Below, in pieces: positions 1 to 13,477 of a stretch of DNA of 64,000 bases. The notes below the pieces were generated by a model. The model saw only the letters and a program-made list of their open reading frames with translations, did no database searches and was not told where the DNA came from. The translations under genes were made by a program, and so were the position numbers. Source of the DNA: Antedon mediterranea (lineage: Eukaryota; Animalia; Echinodermata); NCBI RefSeq assembly GCF_964355755.1, contig NC_092676.1, forward strand, positions 23,392,871 to 23,456,870, written 5' to 3'. The first letter of the stretch is position 1, and every line of letters begins with the position of its first letter.

Positions 1-165
1 TGAGCTGAAACCTGGGTAAAGTAATCCTGAGGAGGGCAAGTATAATTCGAATCTGATAAATGATGTTTTAAACTACATTTGAAACCCGCGCTGGGGCGGG
101 TGTACTTGTTGGTATTATATAATACATGAAGGTTAGAATATCTTATTTTAAACATAAACACATAC

Positions 166-1115
166 AAGTTGGCATGGTAAGTGTCGTGACTTCGTCAGAT
201 GCTATTGGTCCTAATCCAACACTATTTCGTGCTGCAACGGTCACTGTGTACTTGACCGAATCTGCAAGATTTCTGAATGTATGTTGGAGTTGATCAGGAG
301 ATATTTCTGCCGTAATAACATCTGTAGATCCGTCAGTTGGCACCACTGTAAGGGTGTACATTGTGATTGGTCCGTTACTGAAGAAGGGTAGTTGCCATGC
401 AATGTCGATGCTGCTGTATGATAGACTTGTAAGGCTCACAATAGTTGGAGGACTTGCTGGAACTAGGAGAAAAAAATCAAAAATATATATAAGAAACTAG
501 ATTTTCTGGTCTGTTGCACAAAGAAGTAGATATAAAACTCTGCAATCAAACTATTTGTTTGATATTGGAGAAAAGCTACTGTATTAGCCAAGAATGAGAG
601 AATGTTGCTGGTCTAAATGGATAAACATGCTATCATTAGGACGATGCACGTATAGTAACATGGCTGAGTTGAACAACACTTCGGCCTAAAATAAATGCCC
701 TACAGCAAATTACTGCTAGTACTTACCCCCATCTGCCTCTGTCTGTATCATGGAAGACTCGGTAGAATTCAGGTAATTTATTGCGGTGATTATCCATACA
801 ACTCTAAACCGATAATTTACATATGGATCAAGGCCTGTTACTTCTATCTTAGTGATGGTGATGGCCTGAAATAAAAATTGAAACATTTTCACTCCTGTAC
901 CTAAACTGGCACTAAAAAATAAAGATCACAATGAGGTGTTTTTTGTATGACCATGATTGTTATTGTTTCTTTATACTGGATAGCCTCTTCAGTCAAAGAC
1001 TTTTATGATCAGTGGCTGTGATGTACTAGTACACAGGGGTAATCCCCTACTCAGCTCAAAAGATGTACTACTGTATGTACTTTAATGTGTACATGAGCTA
1101 GATGTGTACACTGGT

Positions 1116-1146
<31 letters not shown>

Positions 1147-4100
1147 TCGTTCTACCACCAAAACCATGGAGCGAGTGAGCCTTGAACCCTTGCCGATGTT
1201 ATGGCTATGTAATTACAGTTCCATTGTCTTAACCACTAAGGCAATCATTCAACATTTAGTAACTAAAGGTTGAAAAACAAAACATTATCTTACCTCCACA
1301 TCAAAGTTGTGCCACATAACTTGTCCAACATCAGCATACCTCCATTGAATACGATATGAGACTGCTTCATGATCTGCGCCATCCCAGTCTAATGGTATGC
1401 TTACACTGGTTTTGACGCCCATTAACCGAGGCGGAGTTGGGGTGCCAATTTGGCCTGTAAAAATGTTCACAAAGAAAACAAGAAAATATTATAATCATAA
1501 TCTATTCTTTTCATTCATATTAATCTTAATGTGAATTTATGAAGTTTGTTTAAATCGTTTATTTATATGCAAGTCATAAAATGTAAATTTGCCTTTTTAT
1601 TCCTAGATTTTTAATGTTTTATTTATCTATAATACACTAAGATATTTAAATATAATCTTAGTGTTAAATAGTTAAAATCTAAATGGATTTTAACTATTTC
1701 ATTCTTTATTAAGAATTTCAATGTATTTGAATTATAACTGTCTTTTTAATTTTCATTTTGGAGGCTACTTGTCAGTGATTCATTTCACATTTTGGTTTTA
1801 AAAGAAAAAAAACAAAAGAAAGGAAATAAAAATCCAAATGACTGGGAAAGAAAGAAAAGGAAACACTGTACAGACTAGTCTAGACTTTTAGAATTTTAGT
1901 TGAAATTTGAGAGACACAATATACTTTTTGTTTCTGAAAAACAACTCCTTTGAAAAATATGATTACTTAAGCTTTGTCTGCACTATCAAACTTTATTTGA
2001 TATGCCTATATATGGACATGATGATGTCATATCACATACCTTCCACAATTTTAGCATATTCATTGGCTGCGTATTCACAACCTTCTATACAATATTGCAC
2101 CTGAAAAGAATTTATAAAAAGGAATTATAGGTTCACTCAAGCGTATCCTTAAATGAGATGCTGTAACAAAAGAAACAAAAATTGCATTAATATAAAAATA
2201 TGTTTGTGTAATTTTACTTTCTATAAATCAACAAGTCAGAAACCATGAGTTTTTAAATATGATTTTTTTTTTTTGGAATTGAATCAATCCTACAGCAGAT
2301 CATTAATGGATCAAAACTGTCACCCAGTATGAAACAGTGACTACACCTCATTCAAATGTCATACTTTAACTAAGTAGTACTATTGTGCTACAGCAGAACC
2401 CCTCCTTTGAGCCAACCAACCCCTATTCAGTGGACACCCCTATAAAAGACCTTACTTAAAAGGAACGAGGGGAAAATATACTGTATGTTTTGACACTACA
2501 GCCAACCTCTATTCAGGGAACACCCCTATAGAAGACCTTACTGAGAAAGGAACAAGGGTGAATATACTGTATGTTTTGACACTACAACCAACCTCTATTC
2601 AGGGAACACCCCTATAGAAGACCTTACTGTGAAAGAAACAAGGGTGAATATACTGTATGTTTTGACACTACAACCAACCTCTATTCAGGGAACACCCCTA
2701 TAGAAGACCTTACTGTGAAAGGAACAAGGGTGAATATACTGTATGTTTTGACACTACAACCAACCTCTATTCAGGGAACACCCCTATAGAAGACCTTACT
2801 GTGAAAGGAACAAGGGAGAATATACTGTATGTTTTGACACTACAACCAACCTCTATTCAGGGAACACCCCTATAGAAGACCTTACTGTGAAAGGAACAAG
2901 GGTGAATATACTGTATGTTTTGACACTACAACCAACCTCTATTCAGGGAACACCCCTATAGAAGACCTTACTGTGAAAGGAACAAGGGAGAATATCCTAT
3001 ACTGAATCAGCCGATCCCTATTCAGGAGACATCCCTATTAAGGTGACACTTTGGGTCCTGAAGTCCCTTCTACAGTACTTTAAACTATAATAAAATTAAT
3101 TTGAACATGGATAAAAAATAAAATAACACTTCAATAGTACCTGTGTATTTCCACTAAAATAATAAGTATCATTCTGAAAAATAAAACAAAAAGAAATTAA
3201 ATCATTATATAAATTATACTAGAAACTATTAGTAGCAGAAATATACATTTTTAGTGTTCCATCCTACCAGTAATTCAGTAGATATTATAGAACATTTTCT
3301 ATTTTTTTAATATAAAAATTTAAATATAAACTTACTGCGACTTAAATCGTTACATTACATTTTAGTTGTAACACTTTAGTCTTTAAAATAATTTTAAAAT
3401 AATATAAATATTTTTGTTATTTATGTTCAATATTTTTTATGTAAATAACATTCTATATTATTGCAATCCTGTATTGGTGATTTGATACACGGTTGGATCT
3501 TGAATAAATAAATAAAATAAAAATTTAAAAAAAGAAGCTACAACAATTAAAATTACAAGGTGAATTGCCACATAACATATTTATAAAGTGATTAAAACAT
3601 TAATACCTTCAAGTAAATTACTATAGTATTCAACAAGTGTTTCAGGAAATATACTATTAAGTAAATAATAATACTATAGAAGCTGTAAAGTTGTAACCAC
3701 AAAACGTCTGTTAATGACTCATTATATTAACTACAATTTCTATTGTTGTTTAGTTAAACATACAGTGTCACCCACACTATAGTACGGTAATAAAATTAAT
3801 TTATTGCAATTGAAATAAAAATACAGTATCTACAGTATACTGTACTGTGTAACTAAAATAATACATTTATATTTAAAATAATATAAAAAAAGATTTGTGT
3901 TTGGTACAGTTTTTCTAATCATAATTGCATTACCCGTTTTGTACATTATGTACAGTAGGCCTACAGTACACTTATATTTTGTTTTGTTCTGTAATTTATT
4001 TGTTTTCTATGTGTTTTAATATGACAATACTGTAATATAGGGTACTGTATGGTGAGAGTCAATAAAATAAATTAAATGTACGGCATGTGTCCCAGTGTGT

Positions 4101-7100
4101 TTAAACACCAAAGTTTTTCTAGGAAATTCTAAGGGGTATAAATTTGTTGCTTTTAATTTCTGCCCCAATTTCTTCTCAGGTTGAACTCTTTCTGGAGGCT
4201 TATTATAGTAAATAAATGATCTTACACAACAAATAATGGATAGTATGACCTTTGAACTCACTATGTTAAGTTCCACCCATGACCCATAAGCATCAAATTT
4301 ATTGCTTGGAATTCCACAACTAGTTTCTGGTGATATACACAAGGTAGGTATTTCCAAGCCACATGACACAAGTACTGTATTACTTTTTGGTATCATGTGG
4401 CTCTACAAAAGTTATTCATCAAACGAAAATGAAATAGTACTTTTAATAAAATATTTTTAATATTTCATCTTTACTATTAATTACATAATATAAAAATAAC
4501 GCTTAAAAGAGAACGACGTTTCGACTCCATCATGGGGTCATTATCAAGTCCAATGAATAAAATATAAAACAACAACTAATTAAGTAGCATAAGCCAAGGG
4601 TCAAAGTTTAAATAACAAAAGACCCATTGTCTAACATCCTGTCAAATGAAAAGCTTAGCTTTTACAGAGTCACTTTGTTTATTCAGACTAGGTTTTAATT
4701 GTCTGATATACAACATTTCATAGATAAGAAAGTCAAATTTGTTTTTGCATTTATCCGAAATACCAGTGCGAATCATCCTGCCATTCAAAGACCAGAAATC
4801 TGCGAACTCCGTCAAGCGACAACTATGCCAACTAAGTCACAAGATAAACAAAAACATTGTCCCTGTATTCATAAGTAAAAAAGTTAAAGATAACATTAGG
4901 AAAGTCGAAAAGAAACCTACTATTATAAGTCAACAATGTGTTGTGTATAAATTTAAATGTGACTTGTGCGATGTAAGTTATGTTGGATATACATGCCGAC
5001 ACCTCTACCAACGCATTGTTGAACATAGTAGATGCTTAATAGGACAGCATTTGAAGGATCATAACGTGATTGTTAATCCAAGTAAAATTAATTCATGTCT
5101 TATCTATGAAATGTTGTATATCAGACAATTAAAACCTAGTCTGAATAAACAAAGTGACTCTGTAAGGCCCTGTTTCTGCTGCCAACTAAATACCGTATAT
5201 TATACGGTATTTTTTTAATACCGTATATATACGGTATATTTTTGGCAGCAGAAACTGCGCTCATAAAAAATATACCGTATTTTGTATACCGTATTTTCCC
5301 CACAAAATTTGTGGATAAAATACGGTATTTACAAATTTATACCGTATTTTTTGTACCCGTTTCTGCTGCCAATAAAAAATACCGTATTTTTTTTTACATG
5401 ACAAAAGGTCAACATTCGTGTTTTTATTTTCTGTCGCTGTCAGCTGCTTTACACACGTGTACAGATATATTCGGCGAAAATGTGGAGCGAAGACGTCACA
5501 GTTTTACTAAATAAATGTGTGTGGGGAAGCTAAAATGTCTGGCCAACTAAAAGGTAATAAAAGGGACAACCACATTTATAAAGACATTTCTAAAAAAATA
5601 AAGCAGGAGTATGGAATAGACTTGTCTCCAAAGCAAGTAAACTCAAAGCTGAAGAGCCTGCGAAAGCAGTACAACATTGCAAAATACAATAACTCGGGGA
5701 AGGAACGAATTAATTGTCCCCATTACGATGTTTTCTGTGCTCTCACAACATCTCTATCACTAGGGCTAGGCTAGGCTGTTGAAAGTGATACGTAAAACTT
5801 CCTTTATTGCGACTTTTAATTATCGATCAAATAAATGAATGGCAATTTGGGTAAAAAAGATGAAATTTAACACGACCACCCAAGAAGTATTGTTAGCAGA
5901 AACGGGGTACTAAAAAATACGGTATAAAAAATACCGTATTTTATACCGTATTTTTATACCGTATTTTGAGCAGTTGCAGCAGAAACAGGCCCTAAAAGCT
6001 AAGCTTTTCATTTGACAGGATGTTAGACAATAGGTCTTTTGTTATTTAAACTTTGACCCTTGGCTTGTGCTACTTAATTAGTTGTTGTTTTATATTTTAT
6101 TCATTGGACTTGATAATGACCCCACGATGGAGTCGAAACGTCGTTCTCTTTTAAGCGTTATTTTTATATTATGTATTTACAATAAACGTACCCTCATTCG
6201 TTACTATTAATTTGCAGAGAAAATACAGACTTGACACAAATTGCCCTTAGAATTAGAACTATGTACAGTAGATGATAAAGTTATCAAAACTAAATCTAAC
6301 AGATTATACTACTGTTATAATATTGTCAAAGACATTTAATAAAGGGAAATTGCTAAAATAAAAATTTTTCAAATATTTGAATTTGATTTGAATTTATTAG
6401 GAAAATCATCATAAAAAAATACATACAAAGTGATACATATCTGATTCTGTAAATTACTGACATTACAAACAAATACATTTATATAAGATTTTCCAGGTTG
6501 GCTGAATGATATGAGGTAGGTTATTCTATACCTTTACACCTGTATAATTTGTCTAAGGGCCTGTTCAGACCAACGGAGTTATGCTTAATATACAGTATCC
6601 TACAGTATATCTTATCTAATCATTATCAAATTACATATTGTGTGCTGTACTGTAATCAGATCTCAGATATTAGTTTTGATATGAATTATGGTAACATGTT
6701 TTTATCTACTGTATTACTTCTTATAGTTATTGTTCCCCAAAAACATGAAAAATGAAGATTAAAAAATCAGCCATTTTGTAGTTTTAATCCAGTTAACACT
6801 TCTTTAGAAAAAAACTGAACAAAATTAATGGTTTCACTTATTTTATAAAAAAAACCATTGTCTGACACTACAGACAATTTAACTAAATTAAATTACTGCA
6901 CAATTTGTTCAGGTGAATAATTTTTGTCTTGAATCTAATTTTTGATTTTTAATAAACTACAGTACAGTACCATGTGATATTAAATTAATGGTATTAAAAA
7001 AAATAATAAAAAAATTATAATTATTTGTCAAGGGGCAATACTGTATCTTTAAAACTAATTCTACAGACTACTGTTGTAGATTGAAAAGGTTATTTTGTAA

Positions 7101-10100
7101 TGAATTAGGACCACACCCATTAAAGTTGCTCAACTTAATGTTCAATCTAGAGGACGAGAAATGAGCTACTTGGCAACTATATCACAGTTTTGATTTCGTT
7201 TTGTATACAGTAAATCATTAAACTGAATTTTAAAATAACCATGAAGAAATATTCTCCATGAAATAACAAATACCGTTGGATAAAAAGATCTCTTTTGTTA
7301 TCTTTTAACAAATGTTTATAATAAAGTACTTACACAAGCTTGAGTGCATACTTCTAATGTTGAGTTGTCCCAAAATGTACACCCACTCAGGCACTAAAAA
7401 AAAAAGACAAAAAAGGGGAAACAAATATTAATATTATTATTAGTAGTAATCTATTAAATACAGTACTTTAGTTGTAGAATAAAGTGAAACTAGGCTTCTA
7501 TTACTTTTGAGGTTAAAATCAATAAACCAACATTTCAGTCATCACTATTTTCTATGCAGTTAATGCGAGCAAACAACAATGAAGTCTCTGTTTTTTTCTT
7601 ACATTCAATGAAGGGTGTGAAGAGATTTAAACTATGGTATTACCATAGAACACAAATACCTACTGTACTGTATACAGTATAGTGTCAATTTTTACAAAAC
7701 ACAGATTATTATATTACTGTACTGTATTCATATATTTAACAGAATATTGACATTTAATACATAATATACTGTATATTGTAGTTCAATAATAATTGGTATT
7801 TAATTTTATTATTTTTCTTTTTTCTATTATTCATTTATACCATCCTATTCAGTTCTAGTGAAGGAACTGACCATAGGTGCTCAATAAAAACAATAAATGC
7901 AAAAATATAAATATGAAATATTCAGAACAACTTAAGTATATAAAATCTGTACAATAAAAATAAAAGTTAAATTTGTGGACGTAAACAAACATCATTTTTT
8001 TAAACCTACAAGAATGATGTACTGTACAATACTGTAAAGGTAAGAAGAATTTATTTGCTCAGTTCAGTAGGCTAACAATAACATTGATGTTTGGGTAAAA
8101 ATAATATACACAGTACAATAAAATTCACTACATTTGTTTTAGCAGTACTTTATGAGTGTATAAACTACATTTAACACAGTTCAGTGAACCAGACAAGGTA
8201 ACATACAATGTTAAGTAACAAGTGATTGTAACAACCATCAGGTTACTATATTCTCCAGAGCATTACCAAATTATTCCTAACTATTTATCCAATTCCCCAG
8301 ACAGAAATACAATTTTTAACCAGATTTCAAACCACACACATTCATCATACATGTCCCACATATAATATACAGTAAAACTGCAATTTTCAGTTTGTACTGC
8401 GTCAAACTTTAAAGCTATAATAACTTGCACAAAATATCGAGCGCATAGAGACATAAATCTATCTAATTATTATTGTTTCTAAACAAATTCCGAATTCATA
8501 TCATTTTTTGTCATTCAAGGGTGGACATTTAAAGAAATTATGAAAGAAAAAGTGTTTGTACAATGAGAAATATGTTACTGGTTACATATTAATTTATGAG
8601 AATTTAAAACATTCCTACAGAACAACATCAAGTGGTTGTAATAGGAGACGTCACATTATGATGTCACCTTAAAGTCTGCTTTAGGAACTATGCACAAACA
8701 CAAAGTGTCAAAAAAAAATAAAATCATGTGTTTTTATAACAATACTGATACTGATAGTTGATACATGAATTTGATTTATATGTTACCCATTCAGAGAATT
8801 AGCAGTCACGCATTCCTGTTCACACCACATTACTATACAGACTTTTTTTTCATACCATTTTCTCTACTGTAACTGGTTGCATAAGAACAAAATTGATGAG
8901 GTTTAGGCCCTGCATTATAATTTAATATGCATTTCATACTATTATTTTACGTTATAATGTTTACTAACTAGGCCTACTGATTGTTAAATAAGTAAAATTG
9001 ATATTTAAATTATTACTTCTTAAATAGTAGAATATCATTTAAAAAAACATTATTCAATGAAGAACAACAAATTAAATTGTTACGTCAAAAAGTCAAGCAG
9101 CGTGTTTTGTAAGAAATATTTCTTGTTTTACTTAGAATTTTAGCAATTGATACTCAAGTCAAAATTTTAATTCTGTTTTCTTTTTAATTTAATGTAAAAA
9201 ACTGTTTATGACTTACTTAAGAAATAACAGTGTGTAAAGATTTTGATATTGGAATAATATAATATTTTGAAAAAGAAAAATACAAAAAAATACTAAACTA
9301 TAAAGTATGTATCAAGAAAAAAAAACTTAAAATCAAAAATATAAAATGAATGACGTTTCGTGGACAATTTTACAATTAATGTGATGACAATCAAGCAGAA
9401 TAAACAAATGAATAATACTAATACTACTAATAAATAATAATACTGACAAGTCTGATGCCCAAATTCTATCCTTTGTTATTGAAAGCAAATTCAAAGTCAG
9501 GTGATAAATTATTTATTCATATTCAAATAGTTCACAAAAGTACATAAACAATCAGTTGTGAAGTCTTTCACTTGTTCTGTATCCATTAACAATGAAATAA
9601 AGAAAAACTGACTTATTAAAGTTAAATTCTTGTTCATTGAAGACTACAACAAGTACATTTGAAAGGATCGGTGAACCATAGCAAGGTTTTGACACGAACA
9701 AAGGGCAAATGGAAATATTCTTTTTTTTATCAAAAGCTCTTTGGATAGAGAAGTGCTACAAACAAGATGTATGTAAAAATAGTATAAATATATATATATT
9801 TTGGATATTTTGGATAGTTTTTGTAAAAGATACCTAAAACAAGCATGGCAATTTCGAAATGATTCACTGAATTCCATGACTCAATAACTATGTTATCTAC
9901 ATTGCTACATTAAGTAAATTGAAAAAAAGTGGGGGGGGGGGAAGGAGTTGGGGGTTTTTTGTAATAAGCTGTGTTTATCAGTTGATTTTATTTTATTTTA
10001 TACACTTTTACTATTTGTATTCATTGTGTAAAGTAATGATCTACTGTATGTATCGATGTAAATTGGGGGGGGGGGGGGGTAGAATAGGGGTTGATAGTTG

Positions 10101-12220
10101 CTTTTGCCTTTTTTAACTTTTCTGTTAATTGTTATATTTTATATTGTGAAGGATGCACCTTTGTGCTAAGTGTGCCACCGATCTAAAGGTGTAATTCCAA
10201 ATAGATAAATAGTACTGCATCGTGCAGCACATGCATATGGATTTTATATTGTTGTAAAATAAAGTTACAATATCCTCAGGTATAATCCCACTTCTGGTCT
10301 AATCCCACCCCCTACATTACTATATGTAATGATAAATAACAAACAGGTATATCTCCAGGTATAGTCCCAGTATCAACTTTTGGTCTGGATGTAGTTTTTT
10401 GACAGTTTAGATAAGTTTTTACAAGATATGCTTACCAACCATTTTTTTCCTGAATCAGGGTTTCCCCGGGTATAGTCCCACCCAGACCAGCCCAATTTCA
10501 TGTTCTAAGGGGGTGGAATTATACCAGAGGATATCCGGTACACTGCAGTACATATTTCCATTGATAAAATTGATAAGAATCAGTTTAGAAACCAATTTGT
10601 CAAAAACTCAGCTACTGTACAATAAAAACCAATGTCAATTTCCAGGTTAAACTGTTAGGTTAAACAAATTAGAACATGTTTTGATAAATCCTTACATAAT
10701 ACAATTTCCATAATAAAATTTGTACGCACAATACTATAGAATTGACTGTCAATGTGGTATTATTATTTAAAGAGTTAAACTTCTTTATAACTTGTATTGG
10801 GGCATACAGTACTGTACTATTAGTATGTACTATAAATTTATTATACCATAGGATCTTGGTTAAGTACTATCTTTACCATTGCTATTCCTAATTTAGCATA
10901 TTTACACTATTAAAATAGATTATTAAGGCTATATCTTAAAGTTGTATTATCTGCCAAAAACATGAAAAATAACTATTAATAAAATCAGATTTTGAATCAG
11001 CCATTTTGTAGTTTTAACAAAGTTAATCACTTCAGTAGAAAAAAAAACAAAAAAAAAAATGACAAAATAAAAAGTTAAATAAATTCAACCAAAACCCCAT
11101 TGGCTGGCTGGCTGGCAATTTGACTATCTTTGCTTTAAATTATAGTTTTTTAGGTATATAAATTTTTTTTTTTCGATCCAATTGTTTAAAGCATTATTTT
11201 TTCAGGGGGGACAATACATAATTAAATCAGTCGTTTTGATATTATCCAGAAATGCAATACGATCTATCTTGGTTTGGTGATTACTAGACACAGAATCTAT
11301 TGTTGTGTGGTAGGAGACAAGACATGTTAACTAACAAGTACATACTTTACCTCAATCTGACATCTAAGCCTTTGTAAGTACAATAGTACCATACAGCTAA
11401 GTACAACAATATAGGGCAAGGACATTAATTAAGTCCATCCATATTTTCAAACAAAAAGTTGTATTAGAACTAATAATACAGTAGTATTACTATTAGTATA
11501 AGAATATAACTTATTAATTAAATTATCAATTTCCATTTTAAATATGTTTTTAGCTTTAATTACTAATAATATTAAATTACAAGTTTAAAACTCTGTATTT
11601 TAAACATCTTATGTCAAATTGATACCTTACGATACACATTTTAATTACTTTGCCAGTTGTCTTTTTATTAAGTTTATTTTATTCTAGGCCTCTTACTAAA
11701 TTCTGAATAATCAATTGATATGATTAAACACTAACAGGTTGGCCTAGCCTGTATAATATTAATCAGTACTAGCCTACCCTAGGCCTAATATAATTACTAA
11801 ACATTATTGTTTTCTTAATTAATCAATTTAAAAATAAAAATTAATTCATGAATTACTAAAAACTCTTTTGCAAGTTATTTTTAGGGACTACAGAGAAATG
11901 TACACAATAAACTTACGTCATGTTTACACAATTATGTTAGTATTTACTGTACTTAGTAAAACACACGTTGTATTGTAAAGGCAGAGTAGTATGCTACACA
12001 CCCCATCATCAAACCAACATTGAACTGCATATCTCCCGTCTGCACAAACCCTAAGCCCCCCATAAACAACTTGAAGAATTCTTACCGCCTCTACTCCGTT
12101 GTTACACTGTGCCTGACAAGGTTCGACAATATCAGCTGAAACAAAATTCCCAAAAAGTAAAACTAAAATCATAAAATATATATAATTCCCAAGACCATGT
12201 CGAGTTGATACCACCGCCAT
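166..12220 (-). CDS. ROS1: ROS1/Sevenless-like receptor tyrosine kinase, 5' exons only (gene continues beyond the left window edge)
   Basis: GT-AG exons with consistent phases: 12086-12220 (signal peptide MAVVSTRH...FVSADIVEPCQAQC), 7334-7393 (CLSGCTFWDNSTLEVCTQAC), 3141-3173 (NDTYYFSGNTQ), 2040-2100 (VQYCIEGCEYAANEY), 1294-1454, 727-865 (GLDPYVNYRFRVVWII) and 166-462 (FN3: IAWQLPFFSNGPITMY...TVAARNSVGLGP). A Cys-rich N-terminus followed by two FN3 repeats recalls vertebrate ROS1 (GCHFWNS...NDTY...CEVGC...YIFRVVWIF). Small exons between 7393 and 12086 may have been missed. Confidence 0.88.
980..1245 (-). mobile_element. tRNA-derived SINE with Deu/Nin-like central domain
   Basis: The reverse complement contains a B-box-like GGTTCAAGGCT and the core GATAAGGACTATAAACCGTAGGACCAGTG, which is shared with the copies at 25085 and 40720/40997. 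Confidence 0.7.
2420..3055. repeat. 86-bp tandem repeat, about 7 copies, derived from a MITE
   Basis: CACCCCTATA recurs at 2521, 2607, 2693, 2779, 2865 and 2951. The array is preceded by a MITE-like end, TACAGCAGAACC, near 2389. Confidence 0.93.
4511..4551 (-). ncRNA. Minimal type I hammerhead ribozyme motif (inverted pLTR copy)
   Basis: The reverse complement reads GGAC-TTGATAA-T-GACCCCATGATGGAGTC-GAAAC-GTC-GTTC. Confidence 0.65.
5166..5992 (+). mobile_element. Non-autonomous PIF/Harbinger-like DNA transposon with a Myb/SANT(trihelix)-like remnant
   Basis: 17-bp TIRs GGCCCTGTTTCTGCTGC / GCAGCAGAAACAGGCCC (1 mismatch). The TAA TSD is confirmed by the empty site in the other pLTR arm. Many subterminal ATACCGTAT repeats. 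Frameshifted ORF about 5480-5774 (WSEDVTVLL..WGE..QLKGNKRDNHIYKDISKKI..QVNSKLKSLRKQY). Confidence 0.85.
6106..6146 (+). ncRNA. Minimal type I hammerhead ribozyme motif in the Penelope pLTR
   Basis: Stem I GGAC/GTTC; core UUGAUAA (U3-A8 variant of CUGAUGA); stem II GAC(C)CCA/TGG(A)GTC; GAAA; palindromic ACGU stem III; GUC cleavage triplet. Confidence 0.68.
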
Positions 12221-12229
12221 TATTGACAC

Positions 12230-12450
12230 GGAATTGTGATAATCTAACTTATTATCTTACTAACGACCACCATTGTTTGCACTGAGCCACCTTTACCGTG
12301 TGTTTGTAAAGGGATATCCCAACAAGATCTACATTCCAATGACGTAATAACGCCGAAGAGCTGTCATTGGCTGAAAGTCATTTATCAGGAATGTTGATGA
12401 TTAGATCTCTCATAGAGCTTTCCACTTTTTTTAACTCACGTAGTGTAATA
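12230..12450 (-). promoter_or_regulatory. Putative ROS1 promoter/5'UTR
   Basis: Less AT-rich segment upstream of the ATG with CCAAT/ATTGG boxes (about 12336 and 12366) and a CRE-like TGACGTAA (about 12340). Confidence 0.4.
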
Positions 12451-13432
12451 ACTTGTAATTGTATAAAGTTTACTAGGCCTATAAATAAGGCATATCTATT
12501 TTATTAAAAAGTAAAAAAAGTACAGTAGTATATATCAGCTACTGCTTTTACATATTTTTTCAAGAGCTTTTCCAACTTTCCTTGATTGACACCGAAGGTG
12601 ATGTCGTGAATAATATTTTGTACTAGTTGTAGGCTTATATAACTCTTTTAAATTTAACTTTTATCTATTGTAATGTACGTTACAGGGGTTGCGGATATAA
12701 TGTGTTATGGCACTCTGTTGCTGTTAACTTAAAAATTGTAAGAACTTCATTGCAGGTTTGAAAATGATACAATTAAATATTTGAATAAGATGTGTAAACT
12801 AACATTGAAATCCACTAGTAAAATGAAAAACACAAAATACTTATTTAAACAATTTATTCATGTTTACTGAGAAACACTTCAAATACAAATATTTTTGTTT
12901 ATTTACAGTAATCATTTATGTATTCATATTTTAATACTAAATAATATTTACATAAATTTTCAATAATTCATAAATTATATACATATCTTGCAAATAATAT
13001 TGGCGGAAGGATTATAGAGAATTTGCACAAATTTTGTTTAGCTTATTTGACGGATTGTGCAATATGTGGCGCAGAGACTCTGTCTGGCACAATACATCAG
13101 ATAAGAAAACTTGGCATTAACATGTGTAGTCTATTTTAGAGGTTTAGTGGTTGGATAAATTGGATTCAAATTGTTTGTCAAGAAAATTTTGGTAATAAGT
13201 TTAAGATTGATTTGGTTATGTAATTATCTTTACTTAAGACTTATATAGTATATATTTTATGGGCCACTTTCATGATGAGAATTGCCAGTGCTCATCTGGC
13301 ATCCTATATTTATTCAATGCAACCATGTTTAAAACCATCATTGAAAACATTTGCACTCAGTATTTATATAACTAGTTGTTGGGTAGGCATTATCATTTCA
13401 TTTATTATTATATAACCGACTAAATATTCAAC

Positions 13433-13477
13433 CAGGGAAGAGTTAAATTACATTAAATGTAATTTAACTCTTCCCTG
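13433..13477. mobile_element. 45-bp perfect hairpin, probable micro-MITE, in the predicted AK9 3'UTR
   Basis: Arms are CAGGGAAGAGTTAAATTACAT and its exact reverse complement, with a TAA loop. Flanked by the direct repeat ATTCAAC (13426-13432, 13478-13484). Confidence 0.75.

Larger units (their letters stand above)
4483..6200 (+). mobile_element. 5'-truncated Penelope-like retroelement (GIY-YIG endonuclease fragment) with inverted pLTR
   Basis: ORF 4739-5165 has the motif VVYKFKCDLCDVSYVGYTCRHLYQRIVEH...EMLYIRQLKPSLNKQ. Segment 4482-4729 is the reverse complement of 5098-5165 plus 5993-6175. A 12-bp TSD, TTACTATTAATT, lies at 4471-4482 and 6201-6212. Confidence 0.9.

Noticed and set aside
4016-4396. 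126-aa minus-strand ORF in a ROS1 intron
   Set aside because: No recognisable motif, and it is not needed for the phase-consistent ROS1 model. Left unannotated.
11351-11400. Possible extra ROS1 microexon next to the donor-like GAG|GTAAAG
   Set aside because: I could not find a convincing acceptor that keeps phase 0 without a stop.
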